Shown one piece after another: positions 1 through 12,239 of a DNA stretch of 64,000 nucleotides (position 1 is the first letter of the stretch; every line of letters begins with the position of its first letter). The stretch spans positions 358,659,760-358,723,759 of the forward strand of contig NC_058133.1 of NCBI RefSeq assembly GCF_016433145.1. Reading direction: 5' to 3'. The notes below the pieces were generated by a model. It worked only from the letters and a program-made list of their open reading frames with translations. It was not told the origin of the DNA and did no database searches. Made by a program: the position numbers and the translations under genes. This DNA is from Gracilinanus agilis (Eukaryota).

Positions 1-255
1 GTTAGTGAAAGAAGAAATAGAAGGGAAGCAGATCAATGTTTCTAGGTAGCCCATTTAAGACTCGGCAGCTAGTCGAATGGGGGAGGGCAGGGAAGGTGAG
101 CCAAAGAAAGAGAACAGGAAAGTTTTGAACTTGGGAGACTAGAATGGTAATGCCATCATCAGAAGGTGAAGTCAGAATGAAGAGGAGGTTTAGGAGGAAC
201 AATAATAAGCTTACTTTTAGCCCTGTGAGTTTGAAGTTTTGGTGAAATGTCTGAT
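1..255 (-). mobile_element. L2 LINE fragment (ORF2 C-terminal region)
   Basis: Minus-strand peptide DGITILVSQVQNFPVLF resembles L2 ORF2 NGTTILPVTQARNLGVIL; purine-rich plus strand is typical of antisense L2. Confidence 0.6.
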
Positions 256-289
256 TGTAGGTAAACTACTTTTAGGATTTATTAGCATC

Positions 290-772
290 TAGGTAATGCA
301 GTAGACCTGGGTTCAGGAAGACCTGAATTCAAACCCTGCCTCAGACAATTGTTAGCTGTGTCACCTTAGGCATGTTACTTAATCTCTGTCTGCCTCAGTT
401 TCTTCATCTGTAATTTTTTGTTGTTCAGTCTTGTCTGACTCCTCATGATGCCATTTGGGGTTTTCTCACCTACGATCCTGGAGGGGTTTGTCATTCTTTC
501 TCCAGTTCATTTGACAGATGAGGAAACTTTAGACCAACAGGGTTAAGTGACTTGCTCAGGGTCACTGGTCATTGTCTGAGGCCAGATTTAAACTCAGGAA
601 GATGAGTCTTCTTGACTCCAGACTTGGCTGTCTATCCACTTCACCGCTTAGCTGCCCTTCACCTGTAGAAGGGAAATGATAGTACCACCTCTAACTCCCA
701 GAGTAGTTATGAGATTAAAGTGAAACAATATTGTAAAATACTTACAAATATAAATGCTGGCTATTATTATTT
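290..772 (+). mobile_element. MIR CORE-SINE, split by a Mar1 insertion
   Basis: tRNA-like B box (gacctgaattcaaaccc), core ctcagtttcttcatctgtaa at 395-413, MIR 3' part resumes at 658. Confidence 0.75.
414..657 (-). mobile_element. Mar1 CORE-SINE nested in MIR
   Basis: Antisense Mar1 tail (ccatttggggttttc...ctccagttcatttgacagatgaggaaact), end cttagctgccc; degenerate TSD ttcatctgtaa 403-413 / ttcacctgtag 658-668. Confidence 0.85.
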
Positions 773-1904
773 ACTATGATATCTTGCACCACTGAAAATG
801 TGCCTGAAGGAGTGTCTGACCTAGTGGAAAGGGAAGTTGATTTGGAAATAAAATCAGAAGATTTTTGTTTGTCACTCAATAGCCGTGTTCTCTCATCTCC
901 AAAATCTTTTTATTTGATCATAAAGGAAGTCCCTTCTTGCCCTGTAGCTTGTGATCTGATTCTTCCTCTTCCCCCTTTTGAAGCAGAATATTTACCTGAT
1001 GTTAGGAGTAAAATATTTTATTCATTGTTTTTTTTTTTCCCAAATGGCTTTACATGCACAGTGATATCTATCTGACTAATAAATACCAGCTCACAGAAGC
1101 CAAAGGCTTAGGGAGAGATTGAGTTAAAGGCCAGTAACCTTTTTTTGTGTGCATGAGAACTGAAAATATGATCCAGAACATTTTTCTGAATTTCCACAAA
1201 GAGCTGATGATAATTCATTAAATCAAGCACATTATTTAACCAATAGAGGTTTGGAATAGAATTGGGAAACTCATGGGCCAAAAGTTTTGTTCTGTTTCTT
1301 AAAATTGTCTTCAGGATTGTTATGACACATGGTATTAGAAGCATAAAAACCAATGAAATTCTACGTATCATATGGAATGAATTCTTATGAGCCTCCAATG
1401 GGAAGAATTAGTTCAGAATCAGAGGACAGGCATTTGAATTCTGACTTTGCCACTTTCTCAGGATTGTGAGTTGGTCACAGAGGAAGAGACGGGATCTGAA
1501 CTTGGGTCCTCCTGTTTCCAAAGTCTGGTGTGCTAGCCATTGCACCATTTACTGTATTCAAACAAGACTTTCCTCCATGTCTCTCATGCTTTTTGCTTGT
1601 TGGAAATTATATTATTAAAAAAAAAGCCTTTTCTAGTCTGTACTGGGGACTGCAATTAACATATATTTAAAGTTTCCAGAAATACGAAAGAAGAGATGTT
1701 GCTCTTTTGAGTCATTGCCCAAGAAGTGTAAACCAAGACCCATAACTTAGCATCTCTCTTTTGTGCAACTTAATCTGATATTCGAGAAGCCTCCCTGTCT
1801 TCTTCCACTATTAAGGCATTTGCTAAGCCTGCCAGATTTCTCCTCAACTACAGACTAGGCATCAGCTCTTAATTCTGCAACCTTTGTGGCCTCAGGGGTA
1901 AAAG

Positions 1905-2010
1905 AGTCAGTACCCACTGTGTGCCAGGCACTGTCCTAAGCTCTGGAGTGACAGAAAGAGGCAAAAGAGAGTTCCTGCCCTCAAGAAGCTCACAAATGGG
2001 AGTTGGGGTG
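1905..2010 (-). mobile_element. L2 3' end
   Basis: actgtgtgccaggcactgtcctaag...cctgccctcaagaagctcac is the antisense L2 terminus. Confidence 0.7.
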
Positions 2011-2174
2011 TTGTCTGGGGAAAGTATAACATAAGGACCCCCATTTTTTTTCAGTTTGTTGTGGACTACTCAGTTCTTATTGCTCCTTCAGTTTTTGATT
2101 TAAAAAATTATTATTTCACCATGATTTCATCAGCATAGGCAGTTTCAAGTGAGGACATCCCTCCCCCCCACTTT

Positions 2175-2345
2175 TTTTACCCCCACTCTTAATTTTTGTC
2201 CTTGTAACAAGGACTGAAAGCCAAGAGCTAGGCAAATGGGGTTAGGTGACTTTCTCAGGGTTATATTGTGTTTGAAGCCATATTTGAACCCAAGTCCTCC
2301 TCACTCTAGGCTTGGCATTTTATCTACCGAGCCACCTCGTTGCCC
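2175..2345 (-). mobile_element. SINE1_Mdo-like CORE-SINE, degraded
   Basis: gctaggcaaatggggttaggtgact...tttgaacccaag...gagccacctcgttgccc. Confidence 0.65.
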
Positions 2346-2436
2346 AGGACCTTCCTTTCCTAGGACTGATTTGTTGCCTGCTCTTTGACTTAAAATCTTA
2401 GTGGGTCACCTGAGGCACAGTGCCTTGCCCAGAATG

Positions 2437-2624
2437 NNNNNNNNNNNNNNNNNNNNNNNNNNNNNNNNNNNNNNNNNNNNNNNNNNNNNNNNNNNNNNNN
2501 NNNNNNNNNNNNNNNNNNNNNNNNNNNNNNNNNNNNNNNNNNNNNNNNNNNNNNNNNNNNNNNNNNNNNNNNNNNNNNNNNNNNNNNNNNNNNNNNNNNN
2601 NNNNNNNNNNNNNNNNNNNNNNNN
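2437..2624. other. Assembly gap (188 N)
   Basis: Run of N. Confidence 1.
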
Positions 2625-2705
2625 ATGATTGGGTGGATAGTTGTATAAATGAATGGAAGGATGGATGGATAGACAGATAGATATAGACAGACAGACAGAC
2701 ATGAT
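2625..2705 (+). repeat. Compound (GGAT/GATA/GACA)n microsatellite abutting the gap
   Basis: ggatggatggatagacagatagatatagacagacagacagac. Confidence 0.9.
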
Positions 2706-3767
2706 ATAGAAGAGGCAGGCCTTGAACTCAGATCTTACTGACTTCAAAGCTGCCCTCTTTCCATCCACTGTCCCATACTATCTCCAAAAACTCAGTTTTC
2801 TCACCCTTATCTTCAGCATTGTGATAGGACTTATTTCCAGGTGACAAAGTTGGGGATGTGCCACTGGGGGGATGGAGAGTTCAGCATTGTGCGTGTGTGT
2901 GCGCGTGCGTGAGTGCACTCACGTGTGTGCTCTGGGTCCAAAGGGCTTCTCTTTGGGTTTTTGTTGTTTTGGTCTTTGGAGAATGTTCTTCATTTTAAGG
3001 CCAGCAGCAGACAGACAGGGGAGTTGTCCATCCTGACTCATCCCTAGACTGTCGGGGACATGTGGGAGAAAGATAAGATTAAAACTTGCTGGGTGTAATC
3101 AGGGTAGGAGAGTGGCCCAAGTCAAGGCGAGTACCCTGACTTGTGTGAGATCAGAATGGAAGGGAGGAAGGCAGGAAGGCAGGAGGGAGAGTTTCCATCT
3201 AGACTCGTGTCTAAGCAGGCTTGTGACCTCCCCTCTCTAAGGTGAAACCAGGTGAAGCTCAAAACAAGTTACCATTGCTCATCGGCATCATCTAATGCTG
3301 GAGGAAGGATGTCACAGTGGCCGTATCAGACAAAGCCAATGACCCAAGAAATAAAAATAGCCCAGAGAACACCACCTTCACCTTAGCAGAACGTGGCCTT
3401 GACTGGCATACATTTAAAAAAAAATTGACTTGTGGTTTAAAAAATTCCACCTAAAGTCAGGCTTCCTTTTTCCTCAGGGATTAGGGATTAAAGACAGTAA
3501 AACTCGGTAGCTGGAGACTCTGAGTTCTCTTTCCAGGACCTTGGATTGGATGTTGGGGGCAGAAGCTCCCTTGCTCCTTTGAGAAGCTCAGGGATGCTTG
3601 TTGGCCATTAGATGATACTCTTAAGGATGACTAATACCTTTCAGAAAGGTTTTTAAATACAAAGAATGAGTATTAAAATAGAGAATAAAAAGCCCCACAT
3701 GGCAAAGAGGGAATTGCAGGCAAAGAGGGAACAGAGTTTGGAGGCCAGTCTGTAAAGTGTTGTCTCC

Positions 3768-3853
3768 ATGGAGAGCGTGGTGGGGAAAATGGCGCACGCA
3801 CTGATTGCCATTCTCCACCAGGATGGGGATGGTGGGAACTCGAGTAGTTCGAG
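3768..3853 (+). other. Candidate exon segment ending at a 5' splice site (5' boundary unknown)
   Basis: 5 CpGs in about 80 bp of unique sequence; donor GAG|gtaaag at 3853/3854; no good upstream acceptor. Confidence 0.25.
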
Positions 3854-3934
3854 GTAAAGGAACAGCCAGGGCTGCAATGAGATCTCATGGAAAAGAACAG
3901 ACACCATCAAGGAAGAACTAATTGCTTATCAATC

Positions 3935-4119
3935 TAAGCTGTCCCAAAGTGGAATGAATAGGCTTGGGAGGTGGTGGGTTGCCTTCCATTGAATGTCTTC
4001 AGTCAGAGGCTCAATGACTGCTTGTTGGAGATAATAGAGAGGGGACTTTTGTTCAGGGATGGGTTGAACTAGTAAACCTCTGAGGGCCCATCCAATGCTG
4101 CGTTTCTGTGATTCTGTGA
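3935..4119 (+). mobile_element. CR1/L3 LINE 3' end
   Basis: gggaggtggtgggttgccttccattgaatgtcttcagtcagaggct...ccatccaatgctgcgtttctgtgattctgtga matches the L3 terminus. Confidence 0.8.
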
Positions 4120-4299
4120 AATCTGCCACATATCCAGTTGTATCCCCACTTTTATCTTCTAGGAAAACCTGCCCTACTTTTCAAGGTTATTGGGGTTTGT
4201 CTGGGAGAGGAAGGGAGGAGAGGGGAAAGGTAGACATATTGAAAGGACCTGGAAGTAGAATTTCTTCAAAACAAAAAAAAACCAACAAGTTATCTTAGA

Positions 4300-4590
4300 C
4301 TTAAAAAAAAGTTACAAAATATATATTACATAATAGACATTGAAATATTTTATATACATATAACATATTATGTTATATAAAACATTCATACATGTATCAG
4401 AATTATAGGAATAATATATAAATGATATGTTTATATGTTATATAGAAATATATTCTATGCATGTGTTAAATTATATTATAATAAATATCTTTAAAGACAC
4501 ATAATTACATAATAATATAATATTGTGTGCATGTGTGTATGTGTACACATATATGTTTGTATCTACATATACAGACATACATATGCACAC
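4300..4590. repeat. AT-rich low-complexity (TA)n-like tract
   Basis: Degenerate TATA/ATAT/CA repeats. Confidence 0.85.
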
Positions 4591-5027
4591 ACATCTTTTT
4601 TTTTTTTTTGTCTGTTTGCCAAATCTCAGAGGACCTGGCATGAAGCCCAGAAAAGATTCTAGGGGCCAGAACTTAAGACTTTAATATGGTTCATCTTCTT
4701 ACTCATCTTTGAAAATTACTTTTTATAGAATGGACCTTTAATTTCTGGTAGATTGAAGAAGAAAGGCCCCGTTCTTTGGCTTCTGTGATACTGGATAGGA
4801 CTAAATGGGAAATAAATGCCATGATTGTTGGGTGGCCTTTCATGAAATTCAAAGGAAAATTTTAAGCCCCGCTAAAAGGAAAGGTAATCATTTACATCCA
4901 TTTTTCTCGGGTGTTGATGAATGTTTGCTCTTTCACTAAGCTAGGAGTAAAGATTTGGGAAGAAGGCCTTTTCTCTGTTCCATTTAGTGATCTTGTGGAG
5001 GGAAAACAAGAAACATTGTCAGTACTA

Positions 5028-5031
<4 letters not shown>

Positions 5032-5069
<38 letters not shown>
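5032..5069 (+). repeat. (GT)19 microsatellite
   Basis: Perfect dinucleotide run. Confidence 0.98.
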
Positions 5070-5074
<5 letters not shown>

Positions 5075-5574
5075 TATCCACAATTTCCAAGTCTCCATTT
5101 CAGTCAGTAAATAAAATCTACAGCGTGAGTAATTTTTCCCGGGCGACTGAGGTTTTGATTTTGTAGCACGGGCCAAAGGCCTCTTCAAAATGCTCTTCTC
5201 TCCTATCTGTATTTCATGCTAGTTTAGTTGGGAAGGAAGGGGGGAGTATCTGGATTTGCTTCAAGAAAGAGGAGGGTTTGTTTTGAATTGTGATTGATTT
5301 TACCTGCTTTTTTCTAACTCACATCCCTTTTATATAATTGGCAAACTTTTCACAAAGCCCCAAAACATTAAAAAAAAACAAACCACATACACTCCTAATA
5401 TATAAATATTTTTTAGGAATAGATCTTTCGTAGCCTGCTCCCTACAGTCTTCAGAACAAAAGAATGGCCTATGACATTTTTATATATTCTGATACAAAAC
5501 AGATTTTTCTTCACTGTATTATTGAACCCGAATTTGGTAGTAGCTGCTATTTTTTTTTTAAACTTTGCTTATGG

Positions 5575-5775
5575 CTTAATGGTTAGAGAATCAACCTCAA
5601 ACTCAGGAGGATCTGTTTTTTCTCTAACACATACTGGCTTTGTGACCCCCTTCATGCTCTAGGAATCTCTCTAAGACTTTAATAAGTTGCAGAGAAGGTG
5701 CCAATCTGCCTCAAGAGAAGAAATTTCCTCATCTAGAAGTTCCTGATAGTAATGAAATCCTAGGTCTAGCCCTAA
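5575..5775 (+). mobile_element. Marsupial CORE-SINE with ctctctaagact...aagttgcagagaaggtg tail (WALLSI4/MdoRep1-like, family name uncertain)
   Basis: Same tail motif recurs near 40525-40695, 50220-50350 and antisense near 23720-23870. Confidence 0.55.
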
Positions 5776-7050
5776 TCTTTTGGAAGTGGGAACTAGGAGG
5801 GAAGCTTGATACGTAGATCACCTCATGGCATTTGGAAGCTAATAATAGACCTTTGAGCCCTGGGTTCTTCCTTCAGCCCAGCTTCTAGTGTTGATGCCCA
5901 TAAAGGGAAGGACAAAACAATCAAGGGACCTTTTAAGAAGATGGTTAAGTGGTCAGGGATTTGAATGATGTGGAAACAAAGAGAAGGAAGCTGTGTTCTG
6001 GGAGACAAGATGGCGCTCTCTTATGTGGCTGAGGAAGAGATTGGGCTTGGAGGGACCAGGATTCCAATTGGAACCATGGGATTCTAGTAGGCTTCCCCTT
6101 AAGGGGACCTAAACCATGAGGTTTTTTTATACACAACACACACAATTGTTTTATTTATATATGTAATGGGGATACTCTCTTTAAAGAAATGTTAATGGAA
6201 TATGAAAACATGTTGGAGATGGTAAATGCCTTTGCATTCTTTCTTTGAAACAAATTTTCCAATAACTTGAAAATATAGTTATTGCTTACCTGAGCTGAGA
6301 ATCTGTTGTGTTAAGAAAAGGTGGGGGGGAGGAAGAAAAGCTATGACTCCTAGCTCAGACATGGGAGAGTAGAAGGAATTTGGTGGAAGCAGAATGAAGC
6401 CTTTTCCCAAGTCTAGAAGGAAGATTGGGAAAGCTAAATTATCTGTGGCTTGAAAGCAATAATAATGCTCAGTGTTTTGCTCATGCTTCCCAAAGGGTGC
6501 AGTATTATGAATGGCTTCTTTTTTAATAGGACTTGGGGCCTTTGGGTAGAAGGGGGTACATTTTTTTTTTAATTTAAAACCTTCCAAAGTCACCAGTGTT
6601 TTGGGACAAAGTAGTGAGAATGAAGAAATAAGAAACTACAGACAAGGGCCTCATCTATTTCCCCGTTGTCAGCCTTTCATAAAAAAAAAAAAAAAAAAAA
6701 AAGTGGCCTCTTGCCAAGACTATGTTAAAAGGAACTTAGATGTCTGAGTATTTCTCATCTGCGTGAAAAATGAGCAATGTCTCAATTTTCCTGAGATTAA
6801 TGGTAAAGATAAATGCTCAGTACTTTAAAAAATACTGGCTCTATGTTGCCCAAAGAAAAGGCCCTCACAAGAATGCAGACTACTTTTATAGTACTTTTTA
6901 TCTGTGTTTGAAAATAGGTTTGGAATAATAACTTTACATTTAGAGGAATAATTCGCCTACCCCCTTCTCTCCTTAGACTTCATATATATTCTGTAAAAAT
7001 AAGTAAAATCTAATGTTTTTTAATGAATGGCTTGGCAGGAATTTGTCATC

Positions 7051-7185
7051 ATTAATCAATTTACCAATCAGCATGCATTTATTAAATGCTTGCTGTGTGC
7101 CAGGAAATGACTAACTACAACTTGAGATGTAAATACAAAGAGAAAGACAATTCCTACTCATGGGAAACATCTTCCAATGGGCAGC
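7051..7185 (-). mobile_element. L2 3' end
   Basis: caatcagcatgcatttattaaatgcttgctgtgtgccagg. Confidence 0.75.
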
Positions 7186-7202
7186 CATTAGTGGAGAAGC
7201 AC

Positions 7203-7380
7203 GTTTTGTCGTTTTTCAGGGATGTCCCACTTTTTGTGACCCCATTTGGGGTTTTGTTGGCAGATGTACTGGTGTGGCTTTTCATTTCCTTCTCCCGCTC
7301 ATATCACAGATGAGGAAACTGAGGCCAACAAAGTTAAGTGACTTTGCCCAGGATCACACAGCTAGTAATTGTACAAGGCC
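7203..7380 (-). mobile_element. Mar1 CORE-SINE
   Basis: gtgaccccatttggggttttgttggcagat...cagatgaggaaactgaggc. Confidence 0.85.
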
Positions 7381-7689
7381 AGAAGTAGAAAACTGTGGAG
7401 ATGGGGAAAAGACCACTGGTTATGGGAGGAAGGAGACCTAGCCTCAAGTTCTGACTCTTGTCACTTTTTTATAAATCCTAGAGCTGAATCATTTAATTCC
7501 TTTGGGTTCATCATAAAGAAAATGGGATTACTGCACTCATGTTGTGAGGCTCAAATAGGACAATGCATGTGCCTTATGAAAGTAATATAGGAATATAAAT
7601 TGGGGTAATTAACACTAAAAATAACAGTGAGCATTAATATAGCACTTTTTAAGACTTAGAAAATGCTACAGATATGTTAATAATAATAA

Positions 7690-7930
7690 TAATAATAATA
7701 ATAACAGCTTGAAAGCATTTATATAGTGCCTACTATGTGTTTGCTAAAAACATTTTACATTATTATATTATATTATATTATGTCATTTGATCCTCCTAAT
7801 AACCCTGGGCGGTAATTTTGATCCCATTTTACAGATGAGGAAGCTGAGGCAAGCTGGTTAAGTGCCTTGGCTAAGGTCCCACAAATAGTAATTGTCTGAG
7901 TCAGGACTCAAAACTTGATTTTCCTAGTCT
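7690..7930 (-). mobile_element. MIR, with adjacent (AAT)n at about 7678-7704
   Basis: cccattttacagatgaggaagctgaggc core on the antisense strand. Confidence 0.75.
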
Positions 7931-8795
7931 CAATGGAAGTCTAGCATCTCTCTACTCTGAAACCTACCTTTCTCCACCTAAGAAGGTGGCTACCAGAGAT
8001 TCCATATTAAATGAAGCCCAAGCTTGTGAAGAACCATCTGAGGCAGACTCAAACTCAGAATTTCAGGACGTCATAAGCAAGCCCTGAAGAATCCCACAAA
8101 AGTTTAAATGTATGTAGTTAGTTCTTAGACACGTTTGCCCTTTTCCTTCCATAACTGACTCACCTTCTCTAGAGTTGGAGCTGGAAAAGACCATCTGAAC
8201 GTAGCCCTTCATTTTACAAGTGAAGACCCTAAGTCCCTAAGAGATTAACTGGCTGCCCTAAAGTCACCCTGATATCGTGGCAAAGTTGGAAATTCATCTT
8301 AGACCATTAAAAGGAAATGGGGCTTCCTCAAATATTGGCTGCTATGATGATGATGATGATGATGATGTCTGTACAGATACTGAACCTGTGCTTTGCTTCA
8401 GCTGGATTTAGAATTCTTTAGAACAGCACCTGGCACAGATGCAAATAAAACTCTTCTTGACTTGACTTTGGAATGCAGGAATTTACCTTTTATTCTTCCA
8501 GGTGTCTCATTCTTCTCTTTTTGTCTTTCTCAACCCCTCTGCTCTCTCTTTTTCTATATTTCTCCTTGTTCTCTTTCCTCCTCCTTTCTCTCTTTTTTTC
8601 CCTTCTTATTGGCTGACTTACCTTTTGTAAAATGATGTTCGTGCTGCTCCAGGATGGCTGCCATATTGAAAAAGATATTCCCTGTTCCAGTTCCCCTCTC
8701 TTTGGGAGATGGCTAGATTTTGCATTCACCTTTCATGAAAACATCATCATTTTGAAGAATATGCTCTATCTAGAAAGGAGTACATTTCTGCGTTC

Positions 8796-9664
8796 CCATT
8801 CAGTAACAATATGCTCTATCATTTTGGAAGTACTAATGAATTTATTAACACTTGGGATCAGGAGACTTGGGTTCTTGGTTAAGTTTTCTTTTGGTAGGGG
8901 GAGGCAAAGGGAAAAGGAAGGGTTTTAAAGGAACAAGTCACTCTTTGTTTCCTTCATTCTTTTACTTAATTAACCCTGTGATCCCAAATCACTTAAACTC
9001 TTTTGGGCCATAGTTTCTTTGTCTGTGAGAACAGACCCGTGGATGGAGTTCTACACAGGTTCTAGTCTTGACTCTGACACTAACAGAGGCCTCAAGCCTC
9101 TCACCTCTAAAACAAGAGCTTTGAATGAACTGTTCTCTAAGGGTGCCTCCAGAACCAGCTCTGAGATTTTAATGATTCTCGGATTTGCCGGTCTCTAAGG
9201 CCCCTTTTGGTTTTAGCAGTCCCCATTTCTGATGTAGGAATTTGACTTACAGGAAATGGTGCCTATATAAAGGTTGTGGGAAGGACTAATAATAGGTTAA
9301 ACTGTCCTCCCCTGCCCATTCTGGGCCTCTTCTTCTTCTTTGTCCCCTGACCTAACTTTTTCCAGCTGTCTCCAAAGCCCTGGGGCCTCCCTAGCCGGCA
9401 CCCTGCTCTATAAAATCCTCTACCCCCTTGTGTCTGTCCTATGTGTTATTCCTACATGCCTCATAGAATTTCAGAGCTGGGAAGAATCCCTCACCCTCTA
9501 GTTTAAGCCCTTCCTCTTCCAGATCAGGGACCTGAAACCCATAGAGGGCAAGTGACTTGCATAGGGTCCCACAGCAAGTTTCTGGCAGGTCTCTGGATTC
9601 TAAGTCAAGTGTGAATAGATTCATTGGTTCCTCCAAAATGATAGAGCACATGGGTTCTGCATGG
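8796..9664. repeat. Diverged inverted repeat pair (arms about 8796-8870 and 9585-9664)
   Basis: Core 8811-8854 versus reverse complement of 9606-9649 is 38/44 identical. Confidence 0.75.
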
Positions 9665-9889
9665 ACACTCAGCTGTGCTGCAGTAGAGAAGAGACTAGGG
9701 ATGGAATAACCCTGTCAGAGTCTGTATGTCAGTCACCAGTTTTGACTTGGTCTCCTAATCTGTAAAATGGGAAGAATAAGGCATGCCTTATCTAGATTAT
9801 AGAATTATTATAAGGATCCAGGTCAGGAGAGGGTATGTAAAGTGTTTTATAAGCCATCAAGTGCCATGTAATAAGTGCTATTAATAATG

Positions 9890-10300
9890 TCAACACTAGC
9901 TATAATAATCAATAATGTTAATAATTAATTTTCAATTTATATTTTTATATATAATTTTATTTATTTATATTTTCCTTTATTGTATGCAAACTGCTTTATG
10001 AATATATTTTGCTTATTTTATTAATTGTAATATAATATATAACATAATAATTTCATTGATCAATTGTATTAAGTGTAATAATATAATATATAATAAAAAT
10101 AAAGGACAGGGAAAATAAATAAATATATAATATACAGGATATGTAATACTATAAATAAAATAATACAATCTAATAATACTATATGCATAAACTATTAATT
10201 TATCATAATAACTAATATTCCCTATGGGAAAGCATGATGTGATATAGGATAGTAGCTTGAGAATGTATATACATATATATCTATATATACACATATATAT
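9890..10300. repeat. AT-rich low-complexity tract
   Basis: Degenerate ATA/TAT repeats; source of the spurious I/Y-rich ORF 10013-10294. Confidence 0.85.
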
Positions 10301-10691
10301 ATAAGACTAGAAGCTTACAGCCTGTGTAACTATGGGCAAGTCCTTTAACTGCCCTAGGAAATGTTTGAGACTTTGGGGTACAGCCAGGCCAGGCCAGTGA
10401 AAGGAGTTCCTGTCAAGGACAGAATCCTTGGTGTATTGACACATACCGAAAAGCATTATCTACTTAAAGAGCCCCAGGAGGTGTCTGTGTCCAGAGAAAA
10501 ACAAGCTTTTAATTTCAGCGTCACCCTGCTGGAGCCTGGGATACAGGGGGCCTGTGGGAGATGGACCACAGTGTTTGGGGGCACCTCCGGACCAAGAAGA
10601 ACTCTCATTAGTGGTAGGTTTCTTTATCTAGAAACTGGACTCAGGTTTTTATAGACGGCCATAGTCTGAGAGTTTTGATTTTGGGAAAGAA

Positions 10692-10902
10692 TTTTTTGTT
10701 GTCGTTGAGCCATTTGTTGGTCTTTGTTGACCCCATTTGGAGTTTTCTTGGCAAAGATACCCAGGTGATTTGCCATTTCCTTTTCCAGCTCATTTTACAG
10801 ACAAGGAAACTGAGGCACAAAGCTAGTAAGTGTCCGAGGTTGGATTTGAACTTGCATCTTCCTGACTCCTAACATGCTATCTGCTGCATCACTTGGCTGC
10901 CC
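10692..10902 (-). mobile_element. Mar1 CORE-SINE (internally deleted)
   Basis: gaccccatttggagttttcttggcaaagatac...ccagctcattttacagacaaggaaactgaggc...ttggctgcccc. Confidence 0.85.
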
Positions 10903-11989
10903 CATTTTGGGAAAGAAATTAGGCAGAGATGTAACATTGTCATGGTTTGGAGGGATGACTAGCCAGGGCTGATGTTGGTACATTTAGCCAGATTGATGAC
11001 TTTTCATTGGCATTGCTTTGCTTTAAGGGAAATCTGTTAGCACCATCTCAAATCTTGCCATGATGGGCAGGTGCTTATCTGGAATATTGTTTAGTAGAAT
11101 TAAATGTTCTAGATTAGGAATACAGTTCAAATGTACAATGACATATAAATATTAGGGAGGACGTGATTTTCCTTTTCCTTTTTTCCCCCCCTCTGTGTTC
11201 CATTTTCCTCTGGGTTCAAGTTCTATCTGTGAGATTATGTGATCACGATTGAGTCATTGACCTTCTTTGGCCCCAGTTTCCTCAACTGTAAAATGAAGGA
11301 ATTGGCTTTTGCAGTTCCAAGTCTAACCCTAAGACCCAGAACTTCCCAACCTATGTGCTTCTAGAGATGGAGAAAAGGTTGCTTTGGTTGTCTACAGATA
11401 AACTTTTCATAAACATTAACCTAGGCAACCGATGAGACTCTGTATATACACCAGCTAGATATCTTTCAGATGTGCTTATTTTTCCAGCTTTGGCTGTCAC
11501 AAAGTGACTCTACTTATTATCAAAACATTTCCATCTTAACACTAGCCTATTTCTATTAATGGCTTTTAATGGTAATACAATGGCAATAGAGACCTATAAA
11601 ATTAGGCTGAGTATATACCAGATTCATCTGACTTTTAAAGATGAATTTAAAAGCTTTTTTATACCTAAAAAAACCAAAACTTTTTTTTAACAAAGTCTCG
11701 CATGGGAAATAATGTTAGGCAAAAAATCCTCTAGATTGGGCATTGTTAATGTGGGAATTTGCTTTTTATTAATTATGTGTATTAGTTATATGGGTTTATT
11801 TTCTTTTTTATTTCAGTAGGTGGGAGAGAGAGAAAAATAAATGGATATTCATTTAAAAAAAAAGAATTCCCTCAACCATTTGGCCTATTTAAAAATAAAC
11901 TTTTTGCTCACGAGAAAACAGTTTTTAATACTGCAGTAAATTGTTTTACCCAAGTTCAAAAGTAGCCAGAGCAGATCACCTGCGTCAGA

Positions 11990-12208
11990 AGTCGAGATGT
12001 ATTCTATTAATATTGCAAATATTAATAATATGGAAACAAGTTTTGATCAATGATACATGTAAAACCCAGTGGAATTGCTCATTGGCTCTGGGAGGGAAGA
12101 GGGAGAAGGGGAGGGAAAGAACATGAATCATGTACCATGGAAAAATATTCTAAATTAATTAAATACATTTAAAAATGGGGGAAAAAATAATGAAAAAAAA
12201 AAAAAAAA
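11990..12208 (+). mobile_element. L1 (opossum-type) 3' UTR fragment with A tail
   Basis: gatcaatgatacatgtaaaacccagtggaattgc...gaacatgaatcatgtaccatggaaaaatattc, shared with four other copies in the window. Confidence 0.85.
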
Positions 12209-12239
12209 AGAAATGTCTCTGACACTGATTCCTCCAGTC

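Noticed and set aside
290-360. tRNA-like A/B boxes here and at many other sites
   Set aside because: All belong to tRNA-derived CORE-SINE heads; no cloverleaf, so no tRNA gene is called.
2401-2768. ORFs spanning N runs, here and at 63225-63796
   Set aside because: Artefacts of assembly gaps and adjacent tetranucleotide repeats.
2908-2923. 16-bp palindrome cgtgagtgcactcacg in a GT/GC tract
   Set aside because: Expected within an alternating purine-pyrimidine microsatellite.
10361-10654. 97-aa ORF in unique sequence
   Set aside because: No recognisable domain and no convincing splice or promoter context; starts inside a MIR remnant.
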